Shown piece by piece: positions 1-10,966 of a stretch of DNA of 64,000 nt. The position numbers and the translations under genes were made by a program. The notes beneath the pieces are model-generated. The model was not told the origin of the DNA, ran no database searches, and saw nothing but the letters and a program-made list of their open reading frames with translations. Source of the stretch: Treponemataceae bacterium (GTDB lineage: Bacteria; Spirochaetota; Spirochaetia; Treponematales; Rectinemataceae); NCBI GenBank assembly GCA_963667725.2, contig CAXXHO010000005.1, forward strand, positions 608,001-672,000, written 5' to 3'. Position 1 is the first letter of the stretch; each line of letters starts with the position of its first letter.

Positions 1-999
1 GACGATGCCCGCGTAAAGCGACGCGTCGCGGTTTTCCTGGACACGGTTTTCCTGGGCGCGGAAAAGGCCCGTCCAGACTTCGTATTCCTTGCCGCCGAGG
101 AAAATCGCCGTCTTGACCGGCTTGTTGTAGGCGGAGCGGTTGAAGAAGACGACCTTGCCGATCTCCTCGGGGGCGAAGCCATAGTGTTCCTGCGGATGCA
201 TGAGGACGCACCATGTGCCCGTGGAGTTCACGATGAACTCGGTCCCGAAACCCTTGACGAGATAGGGCAGGAGGGAGGCGTTCGAATCGTGGATGCCCAT
301 GGTGACGATGGTCGATTCGGAGAGCCCCGTCTTCCGCGCTACTTCTGGAAGGACAGTGCCCAGCACTTCCCAGGAATTCCTGAGAGGGGAAGGAAGTTTC
401 CCCTCCAGTCCGAGTTTCTCCGCGACGGAAGAATAGCCGCCTTTGTTCCAGTCGTAGAGGTAGGTGTGGCAGCCAATGTACGTTCCTTCGACGCCAGCCT
501 TTCCCGTGAGCCTCATGCCCCAGTATTGGGGGTAAGGCAGAGCGAGCTCGGTCTTTTCGTACGCTTGGGGGTAGAGCTCCCTGGCGAGGAAAAGTCCCTT
601 CGCCGGATTGATGAGGGCGGAGAGGTTAGGCGTTCCCGTGGCTGCCTGCAGCGCTTCGGGATCGCCGGCCATGGCGTAGAAACGGCGCTGGAAGGCTTCG
701 CCAGGCTCGTGCGTGTAGAAGAGGCAGGGCAGGGCGGGCTCGCCTTGGGCGTCGACACAGACGAAGGTGGCGCCATGCGTGCAGACGGCGATCGCCGCGA
801 TATCGAAGGTGCGCGAAAAAGCTTTCAGGACGGAAAAAAACCACGATTCCATGCCTTCGAGATCGTGGGATTCGATGCCGCCTGCGATGAGAGGTTCGAA
901 GCATTTCTTTTCTATGGCCAGGAGCTCGAGGCGAAGACTGTATATCGCCACTTTCTTGTTCGTCATCCCGATATCGATGACGGCTAACGCTTTTTCCAT
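1..999 (-). CDS. FGGY-family carbohydrate kinase, partial (runs off the left edge)
   Basis: Not in the ORF track because it has no stop in the window. Manual translation from ATG at 999 gives MEKALAVIDIGMTNKKVAIY...IAVCTHGATFVCVD, with the DIGxTxxK phosphate-1 motif. GGAGG lies upstream. Confidence 0.8.
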   Translation of the reverse strand, partial: MEKALAVIDIGMTNKKVAIYSLRLELLAIEKKCFEPLIAGGIESHDLEGMESWFFSVLKAFSRTFDIAAIAVCTHGATFVCVDAQGEPALPCLFYTHEPGEAFQRRFYAMAGDPEALQAATGTPNLSALINPAKGLFLARELYPQAYEKTELALPYPQYWGMRLTGKAGVEGTYIGCHTYLYDWNKGGYSSVAEKLGLEGKLPSPLRNSWEVLGTVLPEVARKTGLSESTIVTMGIHDSNASLLPYLVKGFGTEFIVNSTGTWCVLMHPQEHYGFAPEEIGKVVFFNRSAYNKPVKTAIFLGGKEYEVWTGLFRAQENRVQENRDASLYAGIV

Positions 1000-1028
1000 G
1001 ATGCCTCCGTTGCCGCGCCGGCCGCGCT

Positions 1029-2246
1029 TCAGTTGAGCATTACCTGGCCGCCGGTCACGGGCAATGCCTGGCCGGTTTCGTATTCCTGCTCCACGAGATA
1101 GTAAATGGCGCGCATAACGTCGGCGCCGGTGGTTCCGCGACCCATCGGAACCTTCGCTTCGTAGTAGGCTTTGACGTCGGCTATAGTTTTCGCGCCCGGA
1201 ACCTTGCCCGATTGGAGGTACTGGACGAAGAGACCCTTGACCGGATCGGACCAGAGGGGACCATCGAAGAAATTGCCCGGACAGATGGCGTTCACCTTGA
1301 TGCCGTACTGGACGAATTCGAGGGCGAAGCTCTGGATGAGTCCGATGGAACCGAATTTGGAGCCCGCGTAGGCGCCGTTCTTGTTGGAGCCCTGGAGACC
1401 CGATTTAGAGTTGATCTGGACAATGTCCGTCATCCAGCGGGGAGCAGCGCGCCACTGGCGGCGCAGGAGGCGGCCTCCGTGCTTAGCCATGAAGAAGAAG
1501 CCCGTGTAGTTGACGTCCGTGACGAAGCGGAAACTTTTTTCGTCCTGATCCAAGACGGAAGAGGCTTTTAGGACGCCGGCGTTCGAGACGATGAGGTCGA
1601 GGCCGCCGGTAGCGGCGGCTATCGTGTCGAACATGGCGGCGACCGAAGCTTCGTCGGTGACGTTGACGCCTACAGCCGAGGTCCTGGCTGAGCCGGCCGC
1701 GGCGTTCAGCTCATCCGAAAGGCTGGCGGCGCCCGGAAGATTGAGGTCGGCGATGAAGACATAGGCGCCGGAAGCCGCGAGGCCGCGGACGATTTCGGCG
1801 CCGAAGCCTTGGGCCCCGCCCGTGACGAGGGCGACCTTGCCCGCGACGACGGCGGCGCGGCCGAGGGCGGAATTGGCGGCGGCATCCGGCGCGGCGGCTT
1901 GGGAGGTCGCGCGGCCCGACGAAGCGGCGCCCGCGACCCCGGCGAGAGTAGTCGCTTCGAAAGAAAAAGCGTCATCGCCCAACTTTACCTCGACGATGGC
2001 CGGCAAGGATAGGCTCCGGCCGGCCGTCGCCTGGCCGAACGCGCGGGCGAGTTCGGCGGCGGCTTTCGCCTCGTCGAGAGCGCCGTCGGCGCCGAGGCAG
2101 GCCGGCGAGAGGTTCAGGACGATGGGCGATACGCCGCTTTTCTCTCTCGTCGATCGGGCGGGCGCGATGACGAGAGGAAGTCCCGTCGCGTCGAGAAAAA
2201 GACCCCTGACGAGGGGCGCGATAATAACGTTATTCGATGCGGTCAT
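1029..2246 (-). CDS. SDR oxidoreductase, sorbitol-6-phosphate dehydrogenase (SrlD)-like, with an N-terminal extension of about 130 aa
   Basis: TGGAQGFG Rossmann motif, NAG, NSKSG, YAGSK catalytic motif and CPGNFFDGPLW. Confidence 0.8.
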   Translation of the reverse strand: MTASNNVIIAPLVRGLFLDATGLPLVIAPARSTREKSGVSPIVLNLSPACLGADGALDEAKAAAELARAFGQATAGRSLSLPAIVEVKLGDDAFSFEATTLAGVAGAASSGRATSQAAAPDAAANSALGRAAVVAGKVALVTGGAQGFGAEIVRGLAASGAYVFIADLNLPGAASLSDELNAAAGSARTSAVGVNVTDEASVAAMFDTIAAATGGLDLIVSNAGVLKASSVLDQDEKSFRFVTDVNYTGFFFMAKHGGRLLRRQWRAAPRWMTDIVQINSKSGLQGSNKNGAYAGSKFGSIGLIQSFALEFVQYGIKVNAICPGNFFDGPLWSDPVKGLFVQYLQSGKVPGAKTIADVKAYYEAKVPMGRGTTGADVMRAIYYLVEQEYETGQALPVTGGQVMLN

Positions 2247-3616
2247 GGTTCATACCTGCCTTTGAGGAAGGATTCGGCCACCGAGACGGCGGGGATGCCG
2301 GAGCGGCCTATGTCCCGGCCGGCCTTGGCGTAGAGGGCGATTCTTTCATCGAGGCCGGAAGCCGCGTAGGGATTGCCGGCGGCGAAGAGGCCCAACGAAG
2401 GATCGACGGCGGCGAGGGCTTCATGGGCTACCATGGCCCAGGTCGAGAAGTTGAGATGGGCGAATTCGGGCAGCCGCAGCTCGGGGCAGTTGAATGACTG
2501 CCGGGGCTGGTTGATGTCCACGCCCGATATTTCCATGAAACCAAACTCGCGGCAAAGGCTCCTGACGCGGGCCAGCTGCGCGGAACTGTTGCGCGGCGGC
2601 ATGTAGGTTATGGCCAGAAAACCGATCTTCTTGAGCTCGGCGAATAGTTCGGGCAGGAAATCGTCCTCGAATTTTTCGGCCTTCTTGTCGCCCGTCGGAG
2701 ACTCGCCGACGTCGCCCAGGTAGGCGTAGGCGGGGATGGCTCCAATGGACTTCGCGAATTCGACGGCCGTTTTGGCGTCGACGCATTCGTCCGTGGGCTG
2801 GATGAAGAAGCTGGGGAGATACTCGGCCTTGAGGATGCCGAGAAGATCGTACATGAGATAGGGGTTCGCCGCGTCTGATAGAGCGGCGCGAACCTTCGGT
2901 TTCAGAGCGAGGCCGAGTTTTGTCTCAAGGCCGGCGACGAGGCCTTCGCCGCGGTCAAATCCAGCGATGAGCGCTTCAGCCATGGCGGCAAGGAGATGGC
3001 GCTCGGTGACGGTCCCGCCTTCGGCGAACTTGGAGCGTCCCAGCACGTCGCGATCGAAATCGAAGGGATTGAGGCCGGCCGATACGAGAATGGCGTTGGC
3101 GCGCTCGGCCATCGCGGCCGTGCGGGCAAGGCGCCTTTTCCGTATGGGTTCGAGGAACTCGGCGACGCGGTGAGCGGCCTGGGCGGGCACGCCCTGGACA
3201 GTCATGTAGACGATGCCGGCGGAATCGGGGTTGTTTATCTTACGGCCCGCGAAGAAATCGGGAGCCCCTCCCCGGCCGCGTTCGGATTCGGCGTGCATGA
3301 AGACGCGAATCTCGAAGCCCGTCACCGAACCCATGCCGAGAATGGCGCAGGCTTCCCGCATTTCCGCGGCGCCCGCGAGGGAGTCGTGATCCACGGAGCC
3401 CGCCACGGAAAGCCCTGATTTCCAGGCGCCGAGAGCGGCGGCCGCGGGCGTGTAGGGACTGAAGCTGTAGATAGTGTGTATGTGATTATTCGACTCTTCG
3501 GCGACGACGTTGCGCGGCGCGGCGGCGGCAGCCGCCGCGGAAGCCGCGAATGCCCTCAGCGCCTTAAGGCGCCGTCCGGGGCTGGCTCCGGAATCGTTGA
3601 TGTCGCCGTTCATCAA
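2243..3616 (-). CDS. PHP-domain (polymerase/histidinol-phosphatase-like) metal-dependent protein
   Basis: HIHTIYS, DHD, GFE and SGVD motifs. Overlaps both neighbours by 4 nt. Confidence 0.75.
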   Translation of the reverse strand: MMNGDINDSGASPGRRLKALRAFAASAAAAAAAPRNVVAEESNNHIHTIYSFSPYTPAAAALGAWKSGLSVAGSVDHDSLAGAAEMREACAILGMGSVTGFEIRVFMHAESERGRGGAPDFFAGRKINNPDSAGIVYMTVQGVPAQAAHRVAEFLEPIRKRRLARTAAMAERANAILVSAGLNPFDFDRDVLGRSKFAEGGTVTERHLLAAMAEALIAGFDRGEGLVAGLETKLGLALKPKVRAALSDAANPYLMYDLLGILKAEYLPSFFIQPTDECVDAKTAVEFAKSIGAIPAYAYLGDVGESPTGDKKAEKFEDDFLPELFAELKKIGFLAITYMPPRNSSAQLARVRSLCREFGFMEISGVDINQPRQSFNCPELRLPEFAHLNFSTWAMVAHEALAAVDPSLGLFAAGNPYAASGLDERIALYAKAGRDIGRSGIPAVSVAESFLKGRYEP

Positions 3617-6069
3617 ACGCCGAGGCGCGCCCTGCGCGCGAGTTCGCCATTCGTCTGCACCGTCGTGACCACATGATCCTTCAGAGGAAGGATCCGCTCG
3701 TGGATAGTGTCAAGGATCCATTCCTTCTGCGGGAAGAAAAGCGCTTCCTGCTCGGCCGCGGGCGTGATCCAGTTCCTCGAACCGACGACCGCGACGGGGG
3801 CGTCGAGGTAATCGAAGGCGAGGGTCTGCACGTTGGACGCCACCGTGTGGAGGAAGGAGCCTCTCTCGACGGCGTCGGAAGCGAGGATAAGCCTTCCTGT
3901 CTTCTTCACCGATTCGACGATGACGCTGTAGTTCAAGGGAGCGACGAAGCGAAGGTCGATGACCTCGGCGGAGAGCCCGTATTTTTCCTCGAGCGTCTTC
4001 GCGACCTCCATGGCGCGGTATAAAGTGGCGCCCAACGTCACGATCGTGATGTCCTTGCCCTGCTTTCTGACCGCCGGCTCGCCCTCGGGGATTTCATAAT
4101 AGCCTTCCGGCACGCCGTTGGGCTCGAACTGCTCGCCGATATCATAGAGAAGCTGGCTTTCAAAGAAAATGACGGGATCAGTGCCGCGCAACGCGAGATT
4201 CATCATGCCCTTGGCGTCGTAGGGTGTCGAGGGGAAGTAAGCCTTGAGCCCGGGGATGTGGGCCACGAGGGCGGCCCAGTCCTGGCTGTGCTGGGCGCCG
4301 TACTTGTTGCCGACGGAGACGCGCACGGTGAGGGGCATCTTGAGAATGCCCGCCGACATAGACTGCCACTTGGCGACCTGGTTGAAGATTTCGTCGCCGG
4401 CGCGGCCGAGGAAGTCGCAGTACATGAGCTCAACGATGGCGCGCCCGCCCGAAAGCGCGTAACCCACGCCGGCGCCTACGATGGCGCCCTCGGAAATGGA
4501 GGAATTGAAGAGCCTGTTGTAGGGAAGCGCCTCGGTGAGGCCGCGGTAGACGGCGAAGGCGCCGCCCCAATCGCGGTTTTCCTCGCCCCAGGCCGCGAGG
4601 GTGGGATCGATGGCGAAGCGATGCGCGATGGCTTCGAAGAGAGCGTCGCGATACTGGTACATCTTGTTCTTGGAGACAGGCTTGCCCTCGGCGTCGGTGG
4701 CCTTGCGGATTTTTCCAGCGATGGATTTCACGCGGGCATTCTCCGAGAGGGGCTGGAGGAACTCGGGCTCCCTTGAGTCGAACTTCTCGACCTTCTGGTT
4801 CGAGAACATCACGGATTCGATGAAGGCGCCGTCCACGCGCGGGCACTCGGCCTCGTTCGTGGAAAGCTTCAGGACGGCTGTCAATTTTTCATCGACGGCG
4901 GCGCGCAACGTCTCGACGTCGGATTTCGACATCACCTTGTTCTTGACGAGGTAGGCGGAGAAGTCCTCGATGGAGTCGTTCTTCTGCCAGAGCTCGACTT
5001 CGTCCTTCGTCCTGTAGCTGGAGGCGTCGGAGGGCGAGTGGCCGGAAATCCGGTAGGTTATGGTGTCAAGGAGGACGGGGCCGCGTCCTTCGAGAAGAAT
5101 CTTTTTTTTGCGGGCGACGGCGTCGGCCACCGCGAGCGGATCGTAGCCGTCGACGCGCTCGGAGTGCATGGCGTCGGCGTTGACGCCCGCGCCAACCCTC
5201 GCGAGGACGCCGTAGCCCATGGTTTCGCCCAGGGTCTGACCGCCCATGCCGTAGAAGTTGTTGAAGAAATTGAAGAGGATGGGAGGAGCACCGCCGGCCG
5301 ATTCGGGCCAGAGGGTCTTGTACTGGTCCATGGAGGCGAGGGTCATGGCTTCCCATACGGGACCGCAGCCCATGGAAGCGTCGCCGATGTTCGAGACGAC
5401 GATGCCCGGTTTCTTGTTGATGCGCTTGTAGAGCGCGGAACCCGTCGCGATGTCGGCCGATCCGCCGACGATCGCGTTGTTCGGCATCGATCCGAAAGGC
5501 GCGAAGAAAGCGTGCATCGAGCCGCCCAGACCTCTCGTGAAGCCCGACTTGCGCGCGAAGATCTCGGCCATCGTGCCGAAGAGGATGAAGTTTTCGGCGA
5601 GGGAGGCGAGGTTGCCATAGGAAATGCGTTCGGCGAATCGGAGGGTCTCGCCGTCCAGGAATCCCTTCATGATGGATTCGAGGGATTTGGGATCGAGCTT
5701 GCGCGCCGCCGAAAAACATTTGGCGAGGATTTCGCCGTGGCTGCGGTGCGACCCGAAGATGAAGTCGTCCGGGTCGAGGGCGGCGGCCTGACCTACGGAG
5801 GCGGCTTCCTGTCCCATTGAAAGATGGGCGGGACCTTTATGGTTGTACTCGACGCCGTTCCAGGCTCCGGTCGTCTTGATCGAATTGAGCATGGACTCGA
5901 ACTCCCTGATCGCGATCATGTCGTGGAGCATGGCGACGAGCCCGTCCTTTCCATAGGTCGCGATTTCGGTGGAAAAATTGCGCTTGTACTGGTTCATAGG
6001 AATCGAAGGGATTTTGAGGACTCCGCTTTTCCGCAGGTCCGCGGGATCTACTGTCATGGATTTAGGCAT
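3613..6069 (-). CDS. TPP-dependent 2-oxoacid/acetoin dehydrogenase E1, fused alpha and beta subunits
   Basis: HRSHG, GGSMH, GDAS...NN TPP motif, YRISGHS loop, and beta-domain ISEGAIVG and GAQHSQ. Confidence 0.9.
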   Translation of the reverse strand: MPKSMTVDPADLRKSGVLKIPSIPMNQYKRNFSTEIATYGKDGLVAMLHDMIAIREFESMLNSIKTTGAWNGVEYNHKGPAHLSMGQEAASVGQAAALDPDDFIFGSHRSHGEILAKCFSAARKLDPKSLESIMKGFLDGETLRFAERISYGNLASLAENFILFGTMAEIFARKSGFTRGLGGSMHAFFAPFGSMPNNAIVGGSADIATGSALYKRINKKPGIVVSNIGDASMGCGPVWEAMTLASMDQYKTLWPESAGGAPPILFNFFNNFYGMGGQTLGETMGYGVLARVGAGVNADAMHSERVDGYDPLAVADAVARKKKILLEGRGPVLLDTITYRISGHSPSDASSYRTKDEVELWQKNDSIEDFSAYLVKNKVMSKSDVETLRAAVDEKLTAVLKLSTNEAECPRVDGAFIESVMFSNQKVEKFDSREPEFLQPLSENARVKSIAGKIRKATDAEGKPVSKNKMYQYRDALFEAIAHRFAIDPTLAAWGEENRDWGGAFAVYRGLTEALPYNRLFNSSISEGAIVGAGVGYALSGGRAIVELMYCDFLGRAGDEIFNQVAKWQSMSAGILKMPLTVRVSVGNKYGAQHSQDWAALVAHIPGLKAYFPSTPYDAKGMMNLALRGTDPVIFFESQLLYDIGEQFEPNGVPEGYYEIPEGEPAVRKQGKDITIVTLGATLYRAMEVAKTLEEKYGLSAEVIDLRFVAPLNYSVIVESVKKTGRLILASDAVERGSFLHTVASNVQTLAFDYLDAPVAVVGSRNWITPAAEQEALFFPQKEWILDTIHERILPLKDHVVTTVQTNGELARRARLGV

Positions 6070-6080
6070 GGTTTGTCTCC

Positions 6081-7472
6081 TTATTTCATGGCCCAGGCGG
6101 CTTCGCGGATCGCTTCGGAAACCGTGGGATGGGGGAATACGAGCTGACGCAGGTCGCCAGCGGTCAATTCATTTTCTATGACGGCCGAGGCTCCCCAGAT
6201 CGTCTCTGAGGCGTAGGCGCCGACGATATGGACACCGAGGATCTTCCCCGTCCGGGCGTCGGCGACGAGCTTGGCTGTGCCGGGGGCGGCAAAGCCGTTC
6301 TCGGCGACGAAGCGCCCCGAGACGCGCAGGGGGACGGAGGATGTGACGACCGCAAGACCACGGCGCTCGGCTTCCTGCTGGGTGAGGCCGATGCCGGCCG
6401 CTTCGGGCATCGAATAGACGGCCCAGGGAACGGCGTCCCAGCGCATCGTCTCGCCTGAGCGCGCGGCTTCCTCGCCGCGGAGGATGTTAGCGCTGGCGAT
6501 TTCGGCCATGCGGTAGGCCGTGTGCGCGAGGAGGCTTCGGCCGGTGACATCGCCGACGGCCCATACCTTCGGCAGGTTGGTGCGCATCCTGTCGTCCACG
6601 ACGACGCCCTTGGGCGAGACGTCGAGACCGGCTTCCTTGGCTCCCCAGCCTTCGACGCTAGGCTTTCGGCCGACGGCCATGAGGACGAGATCGGCCTCCA
6701 CAACGGCTTCAGCCGAGGCTGAAGCCGAGGCTTCGCTTCCGTCTTTCTTTCTATAGAAGACCGTCGCGCCTTCGATTTTTTCGACCTTGCAGCCGAGGTT
6801 GAAGGCGACGCTCTTCATGCCGCGGCGGAGGATGGGCGCCGCTTCCCTGTCCATGAAGGGTACGATCTCGTCGAGCATTTCGACGACCTCGACCTTCGAG
6901 CCAAGGGCTGAGAAGAGGCTGGCGAACTCGACGCCGATGACACCGCCACCGATGACGCAGAGACGCGCGGGCACTTCGGGGACAGAGAGAAGGCCGGTGG
7001 AATCCACGACGAGGGGGTTGCCCCGGCACCCGGGGATGGGCGGCATGACGGGAACAGAGCCCGTCGCGAGGATAATATGTTCAGTTTCGTATATTTTTTC
7101 GCCGATCTGGACCCTGCCCGAACCGACGAGGCGAGCTTCCGCCTTCACGACCTCGACGCCAAGCTTCTTCTCGGTGAGGCCGATGGCGCCTACGAGCTTC
7201 GTGACAACCTCGGTCTTCCATGCCTGCATGGCCTTCCAGTCGTAGCGAACGCTTTCGGCCGAGACGCCGAATTTGGCGCCCTCGAGAGCGTGGACGTAGA
7301 GTTTGGCCGAATTAAGGAGGGTCTTCGTGGGGATGCAGCCGACGTTGAGGCAGGTGCCCCCGAGGACGTCTTTCTCCGCAAGGAGGACTTTTTTCCCTTC
7401 GTGCGCCAGGCGTTCAGCGGCGAGGTAGCCGCCGGGTCCGCCGCCGATGACGATGATGTCGAAATCTTTCAT
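6081..7472 (-). CDS. lpdA: dihydrolipoyl dehydrogenase (E3)
   Basis: [17 protein letters not shown] redox disulfide, GGGVIG and HPTVSE. Confidence 0.93.
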   Translation of the reverse strand: MKDFDIIVIGGGPGGYLAAERLAHEGKKVLLAEKDVLGGTCLNVGCIPTKTLLNSAKLYVHALEGAKFGVSAESVRYDWKAMQAWKTEVVTKLVGAIGLTEKKLGVEVVKAEARLVGSGRVQIGEKIYETEHIILATGSVPVMPPIPGCRGNPLVVDSTGLLSVPEVPARLCVIGGGVIGVEFASLFSALGSKVEVVEMLDEIVPFMDREAAPILRRGMKSVAFNLGCKVEKIEGATVFYRKKDGSEASASASAEAVVEADLVLMAVGRKPSVEGWGAKEAGLDVSPKGVVVDDRMRTNLPKVWAVGDVTGRSLLAHTAYRMAEIASANILRGEEAARSGETMRWDAVPWAVYSMPEAAGIGLTQQEAERRGLAVVTSSVPLRVSGRFVAENGFAAPGTAKLVADARTGKILGVHIVGAYASETIWGASAVIENELTAGDLRQLVFPHPTVSEAIREAAWAMK

Positions 7473-7488
7473 TTGTTCCTACCCTTGC

Positions 7489-8970
7489 TCACATGAGAGC
7501 GGCGAGCATGACGATGTCGATGTTCGCGATATAGTCGGCGAGATCCTTCAGGTAGCGCGCGGCGTCGGCGCCGTCCACGATCCTGTGGTCCACGGTGAGG
7601 GAGAACCCGATGCGCATTTCGACGCCCGGTTTGCCATCGGGGCCGATGGTCGCGCGCGGCGCGATGTTGTCCACTCCTAGGATGCCGGTTTCGGGCTCGT
7701 TCAGTATGGGGGTGAAGCTCTCGATGCCGAAGGCGCCGAGGTTCGTCACCGTGAAGGTGGAGCCCGAAAGCAGGTCGGGGTTGGGCGAACCGTCGACGCA
7801 GGACTTGGCGAGGAGCTTCGACTGTTCGGAGAACTGGCGCAGGGAAAGCGAGCGAGCGTCCCTGATGACGGGGACCATGAGGCCGCGCGGCGTGTCCACG
7901 GCGAGGCCGAGGTGGACCAGCTCGTAGCTGCGCACGACACCGTCCACGACGTGGGCATTGAGTTTCGGATACTTGGCCAGGACGCGCGTGGCGGCGAAGG
8001 CCACCATGTCGCCGATGGTTATGCCCGAGAGGCCGAGCGCGGGATCGGAACTCTTGAGGCGGCCGCGCATGGAGAGAAGTTTGTCCGCGGGCGCGCTCGC
8101 GTTGAAGGTGAGCTGGGCGCTGGCCTGGAGGGAATGCATCATGCGGTCCGCGATGATCTTGCGGATGCTCTTGATGGGCGTGTCGGCGTAAGGGCCGGGG
8201 AAGGCAGCTTCGGCGGACGGCGCTTGGGGCGCGGTTTGCGCTTGGGGCGCGGCCGCCTGTGCCACCTGCGCTGTCTGGGAAACGGCGATGTCGGCGAGGG
8301 TCGCCCTGCCACCCAGTCCGGAGCCGGTCTTGGCGGCTTCATAGAGGCCGCGGAGAACGGAGATATCCCGCGTCGCCTCGGTCCGGGCGGCGGCCGTGAG
8401 GCCGGGCCCGGCGGCCACCACTGCTTCCACATCGCGTTCGATGACGCGTCCGCCGGGCCCGCTGCCGGCGCCAATCGCTTCGAGGACGACTCCCGCCGCA
8501 CGCGCCGCGGCCTTGGCGCGCGGGCTGGCTGCCGCGTGGCCCCCCACCGTAACGGGTTGGGCCGCCGTAGCCGCCGTCGGAGCAGCCATCGGAGCCGCAT
8601 TCGCTCCCGGCGCGGCCTTCCCAGCCGCCGTCGGAGCCTCGGCCTTCCCTGCCGCCGCCTCCGGAGCAGTCGCTGTCGGAGCCGCCGCCGGCGCGGCGCC
8701 GGCCACTCCCGCTATACCTTCGAACGATTCGCCGGCGGCGCCTATCACGGCGATGGGCTCGAGAACGGGCACGTCGTCGCCTTCGTTCCGGAGCCGCCGC
8801 AGCAGCAGGCCCTCCACGCCGGAGGGGACATCCATCGTGGCCTTGTCGGTCTCTATCTCGCAGAGGATGGTGTCGGCCTTGACAGCCTGTCCTTCCGTAA
8901 CATTCCACTTGACGATGATGCATGATTCCACGGTATTGCCGAGCTTCGGCATTACCACCACATGAGCCAT
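7489..8970 (-). CDS. dihydrolipoamide acyltransferase (E2)
   Basis: Lipoyl domain ETDKA, Ala/Pro linker, E3-binding segment ASPRA...GSGPGGR and catalytic DHRIVDG. Confidence 0.92.
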   Translation of the reverse strand: MAHVVVMPKLGNTVESCIIVKWNVTEGQAVKADTILCEIETDKATMDVPSGVEGLLLRRLRNEGDDVPVLEPIAVIGAAGESFEGIAGVAGAAPAAAPTATAPEAAAGKAEAPTAAGKAAPGANAAPMAAPTAATAAQPVTVGGHAAASPRAKAAARAAGVVLEAIGAGSGPGGRVIERDVEAVVAAGPGLTAAARTEATRDISVLRGLYEAAKTGSGLGGRATLADIAVSQTAQVAQAAAPQAQTAPQAPSAEAAFPGPYADTPIKSIRKIIADRMMHSLQASAQLTFNASAPADKLLSMRGRLKSSDPALGLSGITIGDMVAFAATRVLAKYPKLNAHVVDGVVRSYELVHLGLAVDTPRGLMVPVIRDARSLSLRQFSEQSKLLAKSCVDGSPNPDLLSGSTFTVTNLGAFGIESFTPILNEPETGILGVDNIAPRATIGPDGKPGVEMRIGFSLTVDHRIVDGADAARYLKDLADYIANIDIVMLAALM

Positions 8971-8979
8971 AGTGCCTCC

Positions 8980-9735
8980 CTAGACTACGCGCAGGTCGAG
9001 CGCGTTCTCTTTCATCGCCGCGAGGGCGTCTTTGTCTATATTCGAATCAGTGATGATGCCGTCCACCTCCGAGAGGGAGAGAACGTTCACGAACCCCGAT
9101 TTTCCGTACTTGGACGAATCGGCCACCAGCCAGGTCTCTTGGGCCCTGTTCCTCATCGCCTTGACGATCACCGAACCCTCCACGAGCTGGGTCGTCATCC
9201 CCCGGTCGACGCTGAAACCGTCGGTGCCGACGAAGGCGAGCCGCACGTTGAACTCATTGATGGCCTTGAGCGCCACAGGCCCCACGAGGGACTCGGTCTC
9301 CTTCATGAAGACGCCGCCGGTGAGGATGATATTGAGCGAAGGGTTGAGCCGGGCGTAGGAGAAGACGAGGGTGGAGTTGGTGACGATCTGGACGCCCCGC
9401 CTTCCGGTCAGGTAACGCACGATGAGGGCTGTCGTCGTGCCCGCCTCTATCATGATCCTGTCGTCGTCGTGTACGAACTCCGCGGCGGCGCGGGCAATCC
9501 TGTTCTTCTCCTCCACGTTGAGGCGCTGACGGTCGATGATGTCTTTATAGAAAGCCGGATAGGCGCCGCCGCGGGTTCTGTTGACGAAGCCTTTTTCTTC
9601 CAGGTTCTTGAGGTCGGAACGGATGGTGACGGCGGAGACATTGAGTTCGCGGGCGAGGTCGGCCACCGAAAGGGAACCCTCCTCAGCCATCTTGTCGAGT
9701 ATGAACGATTCGCGCTCGTTCAGATCGAAATTCAT
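8980..9735 (-). CDS. DeoR/GlpR-family transcriptional regulator
   Basis: N-terminal HTH VSAVTIRSDL...RTRGGA. Sensor domain with AGTT, TNS and ADSSK. Confidence 0.93.
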   Translation of the reverse strand: MNFDLNERESFILDKMAEEGSLSVADLARELNVSAVTIRSDLKNLEEKGFVNRTRGGAYPAFYKDIIDRQRLNVEEKNRIARAAAEFVHDDDRIMIEAGTTTALIVRYLTGRRGVQIVTNSTLVFSYARLNPSLNIILTGGVFMKETESLVGPVALKAINEFNVRLAFVGTDGFSVDRGMTTQLVEGSVIVKAMRNRAQETWLVADSSKYGKSGFVNVLSLSEVDGIITDSNIDKDALAAMKENALDLRVV

Positions 9736-9753
9736 CGGCGCCTCCGCAACGCT

Positions 9754-9832
9754 TATTTCGAAACCCTTGCTATTTAGTTTCGAAATACTTTCGTTTCTCT
9801 TATAGTATAGGGCGCGATAAATGAAAGATCAA
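9754..9832 (-). promoter_or_regulatory. sigma70-type promoter of the DeoR operon with a candidate DeoR operator
   Basis: On the minus strand, TTGATC (9832-9827), a 17-bp spacer and TATACT (9809-9804). Downstream is an 11-bp inverted repeat, TATTTCGAAAC (9754-9764) / GTTTCGAAATA (9777-9787). Confidence 0.6.
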
Positions 9833-9865
9833 GAGCCATTCCCTTCGGCGAGACTCGTTTTTCGG

Positions 9866-10732
9866 CTAGACGCTCTTCCGCTTCGCGAAGGCGGAAGGAC
9901 TCGTCCCCGTCACCTTCCTGAAGGCCGCGACAAAGCGCGACATGGCGCCGAAACCGCACATGGCGCTCACCTGGCCCGGCTTCCAGCCTTCGCCCAGGAG
10001 GCGCTGAGCCTCGGCCACACGCTTGTAGAGGATGTAATTATGGAGGGTGCTGCCCGTTTCCTTCTTGAAGATCCGGCAGAGGTGGTACACGCTTATGCCG
10101 CATTTCTGGCCGATCGTTTCCAGCGAAAGATCCCCGGCGAGGTTGTCGTCGACATAGTCCAGAACCGAGGCGAGAGGTCCGCGCAGACCGGGGCCTCCTT
10201 CGCCTTCTTCGCCTCCATCGTCGGCGCCGAACACCCTATTGGTGAACATCAGGATTTCCAGGAAGGCGACGACCTTCCGCAGCTTGGCCTCGGGAGCGTC
10301 GCTCGCGCAGGCCTGACCCATTTTGTCGAAGAGCTTCATGATATCCATGGACTGCTGTGCCGACAGCCTGCGGATATTTCCCTTCCCCTTGGGACGATCG
10401 ACGAAGCAGGAAAGGAGATCGCAGCCGAAAACCTCGAAGGATCGCGCCAGATCCGGCCTGAAGAGCAGTTTCGCTCTTTCGAAGCGCTTGTTGGATCGGA
10501 TATGGAGCTTATGGACTTCCCGATTGTTGAAGATGATCAGGCTACCGGGCTCTGCCCCATGCATCTCGTTCTCGATAAACCAGGACACCTCGCCGGCCGC
10601 CACGAAAAACACCTCGAACTCTTCGTGGAGAAGGGGCAGATCGTTGAAAAGAGGCTTGTGTTCGCTGGGGAAATCGTTCTTCAGGGAAAAAAGGATTGAG
10701 TCATCGATGTTTTCACTATCGAAAGAGGACAA
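9866..10732 (-). CDS. AraC-family transcriptional regulator (cupin plus HTH)
   Basis: LHEEFE cupin segment and C-terminal HLCRIFKKETG...CGF...FRKVTGTSP. Confidence 0.9.
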   Translation of the reverse strand: MSSFDSENIDDSILFSLKNDFPSEHKPLFNDLPLLHEEFEVFFVAAGEVSWFIENEMHGAEPGSLIIFNNREVHKLHIRSNKRFERAKLLFRPDLARSFEVFGCDLLSCFVDRPKGKGNIRRLSAQQSMDIMKLFDKMGQACASDAPEAKLRKVVAFLEILMFTNRVFGADDGGEEGEGGPGLRGPLASVLDYVDDNLAGDLSLETIGQKCGISVYHLCRIFKKETGSTLHNYILYKRVAEAQRLLGEGWKPGQVSAMCGFGAMSRFVAAFRKVTGTSPSAFAKRKSV

Positions 10733-10966
10733 GCTTACCTCTCATTCGCGCGCTTTATGACGCCGGGTTTCATAATAACAGATTAGCCGGGGTTTTGGCC
10801 ACAAAAAGGTGAAATTAATAAAAGCAATTATTGATACATTAAAAGAGCAATATTCGATATTTTTCTATTGTAGTCCCCCAAATAGACGGTTAAAATTCCA
10901 CGACTGCCTTTTGAGCCATGCGCCTCGCCTTTCGGCGGCGCTAAAAGAACCTTATTGGAGAAGCGA

